A stretch of 64,000 nt of DNA from Candidatus Aenigmatarchaeota archaeon (GTDB taxonomy: Archaea > Aenigmatarchaeota > Aenigmatarchaeia > QMZP01 > JAFGSV01). Numbering within the stretch: the first letter of the stretch is position 1; every line of letters starts with the position of its first letter. The notes beneath the pieces were generated by a model. The model worked only from the letters and a program-made list of their open reading frames with translations. It was not told the origin of the DNA and searched no databases. Shown here in pieces: positions 1 through 9,285 of the stretch. A program made the translations under genes and the position numbers. Where the stretch lies: contig JAFGFG010000009.1 in assembly GCA_016931255.1 (NCBI GenBank), positions 164,661 through 228,660 of the forward strand, read 5' to 3'.

Positions 1-1
1 T

Positions 2-1171
2 GAACGGAAGGAGGTCATAAAGGCCATAGAATGGGCATGGTTCATGAAACCTGACTATGGAGATGTGGCGCTCACAGCGCGGGCCGGAGGGCTCGACGGC
101 CTGAGAAAATCAGGGCTTGAGATTGGAAAGCCATTTCAGGTGCTTCTTGCCGAGAAGGCTCCCTCACTTGAAGATGCGCTTGGGGCTTACGAGAATGTGC
201 AGGTTGAGTGGAAGTTCGACGGGGCAAGAATTCAGGCCCACAAGGACGGAGACAGTATCTGGCTGTTCACAAGAAGGCTTGAGAATGTTACAAAGCAATT
301 TCCTGATGTTGTCAGGATCCTAAGGAAGAATGTCACAGCGGACAGGTGCGTTCTTGAGGGAGAGGTTCTCGCAGTGGGAAAGAACGGAAAGCCTGCGCCG
401 TTCCAGATACTCTCGCAGAGGATACGCAGGAAATACGACATAAGCAGGATGGTCTCAGAGATACCCGTAAAGATGGTGTGGTTCGACATCGTGCTTCTCA
501 ACGGGAAGCAGCTTTTCGACAGGCCTTTCTCGGAAAGGAGGAAGCTTCTCGAGGGTATCATAAATACTGAGCCGGGGAGGAACGTCCTTTCCGAACCCCT
601 TATGACAAAGGACATCAATGCTGCAAGGAAATTCTACGAGGATGCGCTTTACGCAGGCCAGGAAGGCGTCATGGTGAAGAACCTCGATGCTATTTATCAG
701 CCAGGAAGGCGCGTTTCCGGAGGCTGGCTGAAGGTGAAGCCAATAATGGAGACGCTGGACCTTGTGATAACAGGAGCCCAGTGGGGCACCGGGAAAAGGG
801 CCGGATGGATGGGCTCTTTCATGCTTGCATGCAGGGATGATGAAAGCGGGGAGTTCCTCGACTGCGGAATGATGGGCACAGGAGTCAAGGAGAAGAAGTC
901 AGCTGAGAGCGATGTCACTCTCAAGGAAATGACAGAGATGCTGAAGTCGGACATACTCGGTGAGGACGGGAACATGGTCAGGATAAAACCAAAAATTGTA
1001 CTGGAGATAGCCTACGAGGAGATACAGAAAAGCCCGACATACAGTTCAGGCTATGCCCTGAGGTTTCCGAGACTTGTCAGGGTCAGGGTGGACAAGAGCC
1101 CGGATGACGCCGACAGCATGGAAAGGATGTCAGTTCTTTACGCCCAGCAGAAGGGAAAGAGCTCAAAATAA
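2..1171 (+). CDS. lig: ATP-dependent DNA ligase, C-terminal part (5' end lies outside the window)
   Basis: The frame is open to the window start. The adenylation-site KxDG motif is present (VEWKFDGARIQ), followed by nucleotidyltransferase and OB-fold-like regions. About 200 aa of a typical archaeal ligase N-terminus are missing. Confidence 0.8.
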   Translation, partial: ERKEVIKAIEWAWFMKPDYGDVALTARAGGLDGLRKSGLEIGKPFQVLLAEKAPSLEDALGAYENVQVEWKFDGARIQAHKDGDSIWLFTRRLENVTKQFPDVVRILRKNVTADRCVLEGEVLAVGKNGKPAPFQILSQRIRRKYDISRMVSEIPVKMVWFDIVLLNGKQLFDRPFSERRKLLEGIINTEPGRNVLSEPLMTKDINAARKFYEDALYAGQEGVMVKNLDAIYQPGRRVSGGWLKVKPIMETLDLVITGAQWGTGKRAGWMGSFMLACRDDESGEFLDCGMMGTGVKEKKSAESDVTLKEMTEMLKSDILGEDGNMVRIKPKIVLEIAYEEIQKSPTYSSGYALRFPRLVRVRVDKSPDDADSMERMSVLYAQQKGKSSK

Positions 1172-1204
1172 CGGAAGAAAAAAATACAGATAAATACCAA
1201 TGCT

Positions 1205-1222
1205 GATAATAATATAATATTC
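1205..1222 (+). promoter_or_regulatory. Putative archaeal TATA/BRE promoter for the surface protein gene (near-leaderless)
   Basis: The AT-rich motif gataataatataatat lies about 20-30 nt upstream of the ATG at 1239. Confidence 0.3.
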
Positions 1223-1238
1223 ATATGGGAGCTACTAT

Positions 1239-4200
1239 ATGGCGCTGAAATGTATCATTGAAAAATCTGGACTCATTGCACTTCTTGCAGTATTTATCAT
1301 TGCAGCTTTCATCATCCCATCCGATGCCGCCATAAGCACTGATACATATTCAGACGTTGAAGTGAACCTTTCCACAGCAGGTAATGACAACTGGACGGAA
1401 TCAGGGAGCTACGAATATTTTTCATTCAACCTCACCAACTCCAATGCAACCCTTGAGATAAACGAGATAAACATAACAGTTCCTTCTTCAGGCGGTTATT
1501 CGCTGTTCACAGTGAACATGAGCACCAAGGGAACAGATAACTCCTCATGGACCTGCTACAGCCAGCAGAACGACAGCGCCGGAAACGTCTCGGTGCTCAC
1601 GTGCAACACCAGCACCGACAACATCACGAACGGCGACACACTTGGAATATTCTTCTTTGCAACCGCAGCCATGACCTCATCGGAGGATGTGCATTACTGG
1701 ACTGTTGAGGCATTCAACCTGACACCGGCAACAGTAACATTGAACCTTTCCAGCGGCATAGACGGCGCAGGCCCGGCAGTGACGCTCTCTACACCAGGAA
1801 CCAATACATGGAATGCAGCAGGCGATGTCGAGTTCGACTTTTCCGCAAACGATTCAAATGCGATGGACAACTGCACCGTATGGCTTGACAATGGAACCGC
1901 ATGGGTATCCACCAATGGAAGCGTAGATTCACCGGTGGACAACACGGTCTACAACATAACCATCAACGGCACAAGCGATGGCTCATACATTTGGAACGTC
2001 GAATGCAGCGACACCTTCGGCAACTCTGCATTCTCAGCCGCCAACCGCACAATCAATGTGGGCAACAGGTCGAACATAATCGTTAGCAGCATAATCCAGC
2101 ACGGCTCCGTAGCTCCGTATGATTATTACAACATAACAGTCAACGTAACGCTGACCAACAACGGAACCGCGAATGTATCCAAAACCACGACTCTGACGGT
2201 TTACTTCGACGATGATAATGCTCCTTTATCCTCTCCTCTGAAAGTCTCAACATACACAATATACAGCTACCAGCTAAACTACAGCGGGAGCTACACAGTC
2301 CAGCCTCAGTTCTACATGAATACAACAGCTGACAGGTACTGGGTGATGGCAGTGGCTGACAGCGGGCTCGTAGAGACGGAGCAGTCCGAAGGCGACAACA
2401 CCCTCACGGAGACATTCGACACCGTGTTCAATGTCAGCATAAATTCAGTGACACGCGGCGCTTTCCTAGTGAAGCCCAATGTCAATGTCACTCAGGATGT
2501 CGTTGTCAATGTGACAGTTCTCTACTCCAACGGAACCCCTGCATCAGGACTGGAGTTGCTGAACTTCAGCATCTACGATACGTGGATTGCCAAGGACATG
2601 GGTAGAACCGAGAGCAATGCGATGAACAGCAGCGCAGTGCTTTCAGACTTCGATGACAGCGCAGATGCTTCAGGCATATACATATTCAATTACAGCGTTG
2701 TCGAGATGCAGTTCTACAGCCACGACGATCTCATAGCTCGTTATGCCGAGTATGGACTGCACAGGATAAGCGTGAAGGCTGTCGGCAACAATACATGCGA
2801 GTACTACACGGGAACCAGCACTGCAAGGATTGCCTACAACATAACAGCGCCTTTCTTGGATGGCGTTGAGGGCATCGATGGTTCCGTGCGTGTAGGCGAT
2901 GAAGACGAGGGTATATTTCAGATAACAAATAACGGAAATGAGAACATCTCCGTCACGATAACAATATCTGCTGATGTTGCCAGTTCAATATTAGACCTTG
3001 ACGACTGGAATGGTACTGGCGGTACGGTAAACACCGTCGGACTCAGTATCGGCCAGATGAAAGCTGTTAATGGTACAGTTCAGGCAATTTCAGCAGGTGT
3101 AACAAATTTCACTCTTAACGTCACCTTCACACACGAAGGGGAATTCTACTTCTTCAATTTCTTGGAGGAGGTTGAAGTCGAGGCAGCCAGCACCGGCGGT
3201 GATGACGACACCACAACCACCACAACCACCACAACACCGACAATCGAATGCACGAGGGACAGCGACTGCGACTCCGATGAGGAGTGCAAGAGCCTTAAGT
3301 GCGTTGAACTGGACTGCGACGATGGCTATGTGGCATCAGACCACGAGTGCAAGCTGAAGTCTGTCTATGAGATAGCATTCAAGAACGCGACTTTCGGTTA
3401 TTCCCTTCTCCAGGATGATGTGCTCACAGCAAAGGTGTTCATCAAGAACACGGGAAACAAGGACATCACAGTCGAGCTGGATACTTCCCTTGAGGTGGAC
3501 GGGCTTGAGATAAACATAAGCCCCTCCGAACAGACCATAGCGGACGGCAAGGAAGGACTTTTCGTGGTGCTTTTCACAACAGCCGAGGACGCCAAGGTCG
3601 GCATAAATGAAGGCACATTCAAGGCAACAACTGATTTCTCCACAGCCAAGGCCGAGCAGGCGTTCACTGTTACAATAGAGCCGCTTCCTGCGACAATAGC
3701 AAAGATAAAGACAGACTATCCCGATTATACATCCAGAGTGAACTCGATGTTCGCAGAACTTGAGGCTGCCAAGGCATGGCTGACAGAGGGAAACCTCACT
3801 CTGGCTGAAGCAAAGGCAGTGGAACTGGAGGCACTTCTCAACAGCCTGACAGACGCAATGGATTCAGAGGACTTTGTCCATGCATCGATGTACATGGATG
3901 ACATTGATGCGCTGCTCAGCGATGCAAGGTCAATACTGGATGCGTCCGCTGTTCCGGGAGCTTCATTCGACTGGAATACAATATTCATGTGGATTATGAT
4001 AGTTGTCGTGGTCGCAGGTGCAGCAGGCCTGCTGTTCTACATGATGGCCCCGACCAAGGGCTATGCACTCGGAAAGGGTTATGTGTCACAGAGCGGGACA
4101 AAGAAGCTCTCAGGCATCATCACATCGATAAGAGAGAGTTTTACCAGCAAGCCGACGAGCGCCGGCCAGATAGTCCAGAAGTACAGGCCGACTGCTTACG

Positions 4201-4286
4201 GCAGTGCGTACAGCAAGCTTCCGATAACTTACAGGCCGCCAGCAAGGACGATGCAGGAACGAATGAAAAAGGCGATGAAGAGGTAG
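1239..4286 (+). CDS. Giant N-glycosylated type-I surface (S-layer-like) membrane protein, 1015 aa
   Basis: An N-terminal hydrophobic signal or anchor is followed by dozens of N-x-S/T sequons and a poly-Thr linker (TTTTTTTTTTPT). After that come a Cys-rich module (CTRDSDCDSDEECKSLKCVELDCDDGY), an IKNTGNKDITVELD beta-domain, a coiled-coil, a C-terminal TM (IFMWIMIVVVVAGAAGLLFYMM) and a basic tail. It is a paralog of 18790..22224. Confidence 0.7.
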   Translation: MALKCIIEKSGLIALLAVFIIAAFIIPSDAAISTDTYSDVEVNLSTAGNDNWTESGSYEYFSFNLTNSNATLEINEINITVPSSGGYSLFTVNMSTKGTDNSSWTCYSQQNDSAGNVSVLTCNTSTDNITNGDTLGIFFFATAAMTSSEDVHYWTVEAFNLTPATVTLNLSSGIDGAGPAVTLSTPGTNTWNAAGDVEFDFSANDSNAMDNCTVWLDNGTAWVSTNGSVDSPVDNTVYNITINGTSDGSYIWNVECSDTFGNSAFSAANRTINVGNRSNIIVSSIIQHGSVAPYDYYNITVNVTLTNNGTANVSKTTTLTVYFDDDNAPLSSPLKVSTYTIYSYQLNYSGSYTVQPQFYMNTTADRYWVMAVADSGLVETEQSEGDNTLTETFDTVFNVSINSVTRGAFLVKPNVNVTQDVVVNVTVLYSNGTPASGLELLNFSIYDTWIAKDMGRTESNAMNSSAVLSDFDDSADASGIYIFNYSVVEMQFYSHDDLIARYAEYGLHRISVKAVGNNTCEYYTGTSTARIAYNITAPFLDGVEGIDGSVRVGDEDEGIFQITNNGNENISVTITISADVASSILDLDDWNGTGGTVNTVGLSIGQMKAVNGTVQAISAGVTNFTLNVTFTHEGEFYFFNFLEEVEVEAASTGGDDDTTTTTTTTTPTIECTRDSDCDSDEECKSLKCVELDCDDGYVASDHECKLKSVYEIAFKNATFGYSLLQDDVLTAKVFIKNTGNKDITVELDTSLEVDGLEINISPSEQTIADGKEGLFVVLFTTAEDAKVGINEGTFKATTDFSTAKAEQAFTVTIEPLPATIAKIKTDYPDYTSRVNSMFAELEAAKAWLTEGNLTLAEAKAVELEALLNSLTDAMDSEDFVHASMYMDDIDALLSDARSILDASAVPGASFDWNTIFMWIMIVVVVAGAAGLLFYMMAPTKGYALGKGYVSQSGTKKLSGIITSIRESFTSKPTSAGQIVQKYRPTAYGSAYSKLPITYRPPARTMQERMKKAMKR

Positions 4287-4287
4287 A

Positions 4288-6375
4288 CTATTCGATAACA
4301 ACCGGGGAATATCCCCTGTGACTTCTGAATCTTTCTTCAAGCTCTTCTATCTTGTCGTGTATTTCCTTAAGGTCGAACTTGTGAACAGTGCTCTCAAGCC
4401 AGTCAGCCTTTGTCTTGAGTATCTCTATGTCCCTCATCACATTCACAACACCGGAATCCTCGACATTCCTGACTGTGGAATCGAATGAGCTAAGCCTTGT
4501 ATTGAGAGCCTTCATGTCAATGCCGAGGGTCTCGTTCTCCTTGTTTACATTGTCTTCAAGTTTCTTTATGCTGTCCTTCAGGGAATTCAGCTGCTTCTGG
4601 AAGCTCTCGAACTGCCTGAGTATCGTTGTCATCTTGGCCTCTGAGGGTTTCATCACGTCCTCCATCTTGGCAACATTCCTGTCAAGAAGGTCTATCTTTC
4701 CTTTTATCTGGTCTCCGAGAAGCTTGCTTATTGTTCCCGGCTGCGCAAGAAGCTGCTCGATTGTGTTCTCCACAATCTCTTCCTTCAGGTCATCAAGCTC
4801 CTTGAGCTTGCCCTTCAGCTGTAGGCTGAAATCATCTAGCCTGTGCTTCGTGTCGTTTCCTACATATTCAGGAAGCCATTCCCTGAGCTCTTCCATCCTC
4901 CTTTCGAGGTCCTTGAACTTATCATAACCGACTCCCTCGCCTATTTCCTTCTCAAGGGATTTTACCCTCTTCTCAAGGGCTTCACTTACACTGCCCTTGC
5001 CGCTGTCAGGGATGTCTATGGGCTTGAGTCCCTCAGCGAGAATGTTGAGCTTTGATGTGCTTTTTTCGAGCTTCTCAATCTTGCTTTTCATTGCATGTAT
5101 CTCTTCAATGGGTATCTCGCCCTTGAACTTCCTGAGTTCCTCAAGCGCATCCGGAGCCATTCCGACGCTTGCCGCCTTCTTCTCGATGCCGGATATCTGC
5201 TCACGGACAGAATTGATGTCCCGGGAAAGTGTGTCTATCTTTTCAAGCAGTCCCGCTCCCCCCTTGTCTGTCTTCAGATCAAGTATATCCTTGCCCTGGT
5301 CGTCTATGGACGTCCTTATGCTTTCAATCATGCTCCTGAGTTCTTCCACATCGCCGTTCTCCTTTTTCTCAGACTTCTTTCCTGACTTCACCTTCACAGC
5401 GCTGAGCTTTTCGACATTGCCTTCAAGCTCTTTGATTTTCCTGATAATGTCTTCAGGAATCGCTTTCTGCGGTTTCTGGGCAGGCTCTCGGAAAGCATCA
5501 ACCCTTTTCTCTATTTTTTCAAACCTTTCAAGAAGTTCATCCGGAGAGTCGTGCGGAAGCCCGTCTATGGAATCATTGAGCTTTTCTATACGGCCTTCCA
5601 TCCGCTCAAGCCTTTTCAGCAGGTCCTTCGATGGTTTTGCATTCACTTCAACGGGCTTTGCGTCTTCCCCGCCGCCGATTGCGGCCTCAAGCAGCTTCAG
5701 CCTGTCAAGAACATCATCATCCATTTCAGTCCCATCCCCCCCTGCTCTGGACTTTATGCCCGAAAGGATACTCTTTTGTTCGCCTATCTCATCCTTCAGC
5801 TTTTCCATCTGAGCTGAGAATCTTTCTATCTTTTCCAGCTTGCTGAGTATGCTTTTAGGGGTGGGTACCGCCTTGCCGGACGGTGCTGATGCCGAAGATG
5901 CATTGACAGGGCCTGCGGTCTCAAGCTTCTCTATCCTTTCCCTGAGTGCCCTGATTTCGCTGCTCCCGGGAGCTGTTACCTTCACTTTCTTCCCCACAGG
6001 AAGTTTTTCGAATTCATCGAGCCTCTCCCTGAGGCTGTCTATTTCACTGTTTATCCCGCTGAGGTCAACATTCGCACCTGGAACTTTCGCAACCTTGGCA
6101 GGCCTTCTGTTAATATCATCCCTGAGTTCCTCAAGTTCTGAAACCAGCTTTTCAGCCTTCTTTATGCTGTCAGCCTTCTCGACCAGCTTCCTTATCTCAG
6201 ACATCTGGTCGGATGTGACAGCTGAATTGCCATCGGAAAGGCTCGCCCTGTCCAGCTCGTTCTTGACATTGATTATGTCCAGCTTGTTCACCAGCTGGAG
6301 ATCCTCGAGCTCAGCCAGCTTATCGTTTATGGATTTCAGAATTTCGCTCTCTGTGTTCTGGTTTTCCTCTTCCAT
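4288..6375 (-). CDS. Large acidic coiled-coil protein (695 aa), possible cytoskeletal or membrane-associated scaffold
   Basis: The protein is nearly all heptad-like E/K/L/D-rich sequence, with no TM segment and no ATPase motifs. It is convergent with, and abuts, the surface protein gene. Confidence 0.55.
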   Translation of the reverse strand: MEEENQNTESEILKSINDKLAELEDLQLVNKLDIINVKNELDRASLSDGNSAVTSDQMSEIRKLVEKADSIKKAEKLVSELEELRDDINRRPAKVAKVPGANVDLSGINSEIDSLRERLDEFEKLPVGKKVKVTAPGSSEIRALRERIEKLETAGPVNASSASAPSGKAVPTPKSILSKLEKIERFSAQMEKLKDEIGEQKSILSGIKSRAGGDGTEMDDDVLDRLKLLEAAIGGGEDAKPVEVNAKPSKDLLKRLERMEGRIEKLNDSIDGLPHDSPDELLERFEKIEKRVDAFREPAQKPQKAIPEDIIRKIKELEGNVEKLSAVKVKSGKKSEKKENGDVEELRSMIESIRTSIDDQGKDILDLKTDKGGAGLLEKIDTLSRDINSVREQISGIEKKAASVGMAPDALEELRKFKGEIPIEEIHAMKSKIEKLEKSTSKLNILAEGLKPIDIPDSGKGSVSEALEKRVKSLEKEIGEGVGYDKFKDLERRMEELREWLPEYVGNDTKHRLDDFSLQLKGKLKELDDLKEEIVENTIEQLLAQPGTISKLLGDQIKGKIDLLDRNVAKMEDVMKPSEAKMTTILRQFESFQKQLNSLKDSIKKLEDNVNKENETLGIDMKALNTRLSSFDSTVRNVEDSGVVNVMRDIEILKTKADWLESTVHKFDLKEIHDKIEELEERFRSHRGYSPVVIE

Positions 6376-6411
6376 TTTATCACTTATATTATTGCTTTTC
6401 TGCTATAAATC

Positions 6412-6921
6412 TTACAATTCAATGCTTGGCGCCACTTCCGGGCAGACCGAACTGATAATCTTCACATCATTAAGGCTGGCTGTTGACGCATTGAAGTCTT
6501 CTGTGACATTGGCCTCTATGAAGGCTGACATCCCCGGTCTCAGGGGGTCTGACGCGCCTATGTCAGTGCTGTCTGTCAGCACGTAATGGTATATGTTTTC
6601 CACTGATGCATTCTCAACTGTCACCTCAAACGTGAAGCTGTAAAGGTCTATGTTTCCGGTGTTCACTATTTTCACCCTTATGAGGTCTGTTTCATTGTTA
6701 GAGACGTTGTAGCTGAAATTGGACATGACGCCGTAATAACCGTAACTGCTGTCGAAATCAAGTCCGGCTGACCGGCATTTCATCTGCTGCTGTGCACTGC
6801 TGCCGGTCTGATTGGACAGCGTGAATGTAAGCTCATACATCCACGGAGCCATCATCGATGCTATTGATATAGATATGACAATCAGGATTACAACTGAAAC
6901 AAGAGGAGAGAGGCCTTTCAT
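6412..6921 (-). CDS. Type IV pilin-like protein (class III signal peptide)
   Basis: The N-terminus MKG|LSPLVSVVILIVISISIA has a short basic leader, then Gly, then a hydrophobic helix, as in archaeal prepilins. The mature part has N-glycosylation sequons. Confidence 0.6.
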   Translation of the reverse strand: MKGLSPLVSVVILIVISISIASMMAPWMYELTFTLSNQTGSSAQQQMKCRSAGLDFDSSYGYYGVMSNFSYNVSNNETDLIRVKIVNTGNIDLYSFTFEVTVENASVENIYHYVLTDSTDIGASDPLRPGMSAFIEANVTEDFNASTASLNDVKIISSVCPEVAPSIEL

Positions 6922-6943
6922 GAATATAATTGCTTTCCTGTCC

Positions 6944-7669
6944 TTAAAATTCTTCAGCCTCTATGGTAATGAAATCAGCACCGGATTCGAGCGTGAATGT
7001 GATGCTGTAGTTGTTGAGGTAGACATATGATGTGTTTATGTAGGCATTGACCATTCCCCTTGGAAGGTTGTAGCCTTCATCAGCAAGCTCTGTGTAACCT
7101 GTGCCGTACATTGAGTCAGGGCTTCCGTCTATTGATATCTCAAGCCTCTCAAGGTCCATCCATGCGTCAAGGTCCTTGTTGTATACCTTCATGAGAAGCT
7201 CGCTTGTGTTATAGGCCTCAGGGGAGGACGAATTTCCTATGTTCTTCAGGTACACTACCAGATGCTGATTCTCGAGTATATGGGCTCCCTGGGTGCTGTT
7301 GGTATACGCGCTTGTGTCAAGGTTGGCGCCTACCATGAGGTTGCCCATCCTCTGATAGCTTCTCGGAGAGACTATCATGCTGCTGGTCTCCATTGTCCAT
7401 TTGATGCTGTCAGTGTCACTATCGAGCAGGAGCTCGCCGCCGCCGAGGTTTATGTAAATCGTCCTCTTGCTGCCCTTGCCTTCTGATGCGACTTCCTGTA
7501 TCTTCTCGTCAAGGTCCAGCATCATGGACTTGGTCTGCTCGAACACCGATGCGTCCTGCATGGACTTTATAACAGGTGTTGCCATGCTGTAGACAAGGAA
7601 TACGAGTGTCACGGTGATTGCGAGGAATATCACTTCTGTGGTGATTGCTAAACCTTTCATAATCATCAT
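6944..7669 (-). CDS. Type IV pilin-like protein (class III signal peptide)
   Basis: The N-terminus MMIMKG|LAITTEVIFLAITVTLVFLVY is followed by a beta-rich extracellular domain. It is co-oriented with, and tightly spaced to, its neighbours. Confidence 0.6.
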   Translation of the reverse strand: MMIMKGLAITTEVIFLAITVTLVFLVYSMATPVIKSMQDASVFEQTKSMMLDLDEKIQEVASEGKGSKRTIYINLGGGELLLDSDTDSIKWTMETSSMIVSPRSYQRMGNLMVGANLDTSAYTNSTQGAHILENQHLVVYLKNIGNSSSPEAYNTSELLMKVYNKDLDAWMDLERLEISIDGSPDSMYGTGYTELADEGYNLPRGMVNAYINTSYVYLNNYSITFTLESGADFITIEAEEF

Positions 7670-7677
7670 TTGTTCTT

Positions 7678-8268
7678 TCAGGCTAATATCTCTTTCCTGA
7701 CTGAATTGTCCCCGCTGCTCACAGATATGAGAGAGTACACGGATGTCTTGTTTGTCAGGACGTCCGCGCTGAATGTTTCCCCGTAAACTTCCATCGCAAG
7801 CAATAATGTATAATCAGGTGTGCTGAAGGTTGTCGAGTTCTGTGTGCCTGCATCCGCATAAAGCGTCTTGTAGGTTCCGGATATGTTTATTCCCAGTGTC
7901 ACCGGGCTGTCCATGAAATTGCCTGCAGTCACATTCATGCTTCCTGCCATGGGCTCGAACAGCACCCACAGGCAATCAAGCTCAGCACCTGAATCCGATG
8001 CTGCGCTGAGTGCATAAACCGTGAAATTTGTAAGCACGCCTGCTGCATTGGAAGCATTGACGCCGACACCTGCTGCATGGGGAATTTCCATCTCAAGGTT
8101 TTTAGCGATATTCTCTATTCCCGCTGATGATGTCGATACGAGCCTTACCGCAGGCGTGAGACCGAAGAACAGCAGCATGCATATGGCCAGTGCGCCGACA
8201 AGGAAGAACTGGCCTTTCTTACCTGAATACATATAGAATAACCTCCATCGGCTGGTAAGTATCGTCAC
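7678..8268 (-). CDS. Type IV pilin-like protein; the likely true start is the internal Met at 8232 (MYSGKKG|QFFLVGALAICMLLF)
   Basis: A class III signal peptide motif (KKGQ followed by a hydrophobic stretch). The start is ambiguous between 8268 and 8232. Confidence 0.55.
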   Translation of the reverse strand: MTILTSRWRLFYMYSGKKGQFFLVGALAICMLLFFGLTPAVRLVSTSSAGIENIAKNLEMEIPHAAGVGVNASNAAGVLTNFTVYALSAASDSGAELDCLWVLFEPMAGSMNVTAGNFMDSPVTLGINISGTYKTLYADAGTQNSTTFSTPDYTLLLAMEVYGETFSADVLTNKTSVYSLISVSSGDNSVRKEILA

Positions 8269-8593
8269 CTGAAAGAATTATCCTTGATGTCCACACATCG
8301 CTGCTTTCAGGCACGCTTCCTGTGCATGAACCCGAATAATCGCATATGGAAACAGCATGGCTTAGTCCTGAGAGATATCCGGTTTCCTCTATGGCATCAT
8401 CTATTGACATGGTGTCACCCTGCGCGGCAAACTCCCTCAGCATTCCTTTCATGTAGATGTCATTGAGCGCTTTTTGTCCATTGTCCGAGAAGTCAGCAGG
8501 TTTTTCCATGTATGTTGCTGATATGACTGCCAGGAAGAGCAGTATAACCACTCCGGCAAGCATTGACTCAACTGTCTTCCATTGTCCTTTCAT
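8219..8593 (-). CDS. Type IV pilin-like protein (124 aa). The start is re-assigned to an internal Met and shares its T with the upstream TAA stop (TAATG)
   Basis: The sequence MKG|QWKTVESMLAGVVILLFLAVISATYM begins at aa 68 of the tracked ORF. The long ORF N-terminus has no features. The ATG at 8593..8591 shares one base with the stop of gene 8593..9282. Confidence 0.6.
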   Translation of the reverse strand: MKGQWKTVESMLAGVVILLFLAVISATYMEKPADFSDNGQKALNDIYMKGMLREFAAQGDTMSIDDAIEETGYLSGLSHAVSICDYSGSCTGSVPESSDVWTSRIILSGDDTYQPMEVILYVFR

Positions 8594-9282
8594 TACCACA
8601 ACCTCACTGTTATGTTTACAGTCCCGTCTTCCCATAGCCTTCCGGACTTCCGGAATGCGAAGACATCCCTGTCTGTTATCGGAACCGGCGGGCCGCATGT
8701 CATTTCCGTGCCGTTGTCTACCAGGACATTGAAGTCCATATTCAGCCCTATGGAATCCTTCACAGACTGGTAGCTGCTGTTGATGACATGACACAAATCA
8801 AGGTTCTTTGAGTCTGAGAAAAATTCAATTATCTCCGTAGGCCATAATTTTGTCTGGTTCTCGTCTGTCTCAGCCAGTGATGCGCCGCACTGCACAGGCA
8901 TGCCGTAGTCCAGTGACTCTATGAAGAAGAAGTTGTCGCCTGTTTTGATGTCTCCGGTCCAGTACAGCCTGTCTCCTGATATCATGCATGGCAAGGATGA
9001 CCCGGAGTATCTTGAGAGGACAATCCTTGTGGAATCCTCAGTGTCTCCGGTCCAGTTCATGTAAGCCCACATCACTGCGTCATCTGCATCAGAAGGCGCG
9101 TCCAGATAGGCTGCATTGGAGATGGAATCAGCTGAAAGATATGACACCACATTCTCCCCTGCCCTGATGGCGTAGTCAGCCTTTTCTGTTACAGCTCCGC
9201 TGTTCATCATGCCGTAATATGCAAAGGCCCATGTCGAGAACATGAGAAACATGAATATGGCGATTATCCAGTCGATGCGCAT
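8593..9282 (-). CDS. Membrane-anchored extracellular protein of unknown function (pilus operon member)
   Basis: An N-terminal TM (IDWIIAIFMFLMFSTWAFAYY) is followed by an extracellular domain with sequons and Cys. It is translationally coupled to the downstream pilin. Confidence 0.5.
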   Translation of the reverse strand: MRIDWIIAIFMFLMFSTWAFAYYGMMNSGAVTEKADYAIRAGENVVSYLSADSISNAAYLDAPSDADDAVMWAYMNWTGDTEDSTRIVLSRYSGSSLPCMISGDRLYWTGDIKTGDNFFFIESLDYGMPVQCGASLAETDENQTKLWPTEIIEFFSDSKNLDLCHVINSSYQSVKDSIGLNMDFNVLVDNGTEMTCGPPVPITDRDVFAFRKSGRLWEDGTVNITVRLW

Positions 9283-9285
9283 ACT

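Noticed and set aside
3196-3240. ACC/ACA codon repeat
   Set aside because: It encodes the poly-Thr linker of the surface protein. It is an intragenic low-complexity tract, not a regulatory repeat.
4388-6586. Multiple long plus-strand ORFs (4388..4927, 4997..5812, 5840..6586) inside the coiled-coil gene
   Set aside because: They are antisense to a low-complexity E/K/L-rich gene. The Ser/Leu/Phe-rich mirror translations are typical artefacts, and no start context or domains are present.
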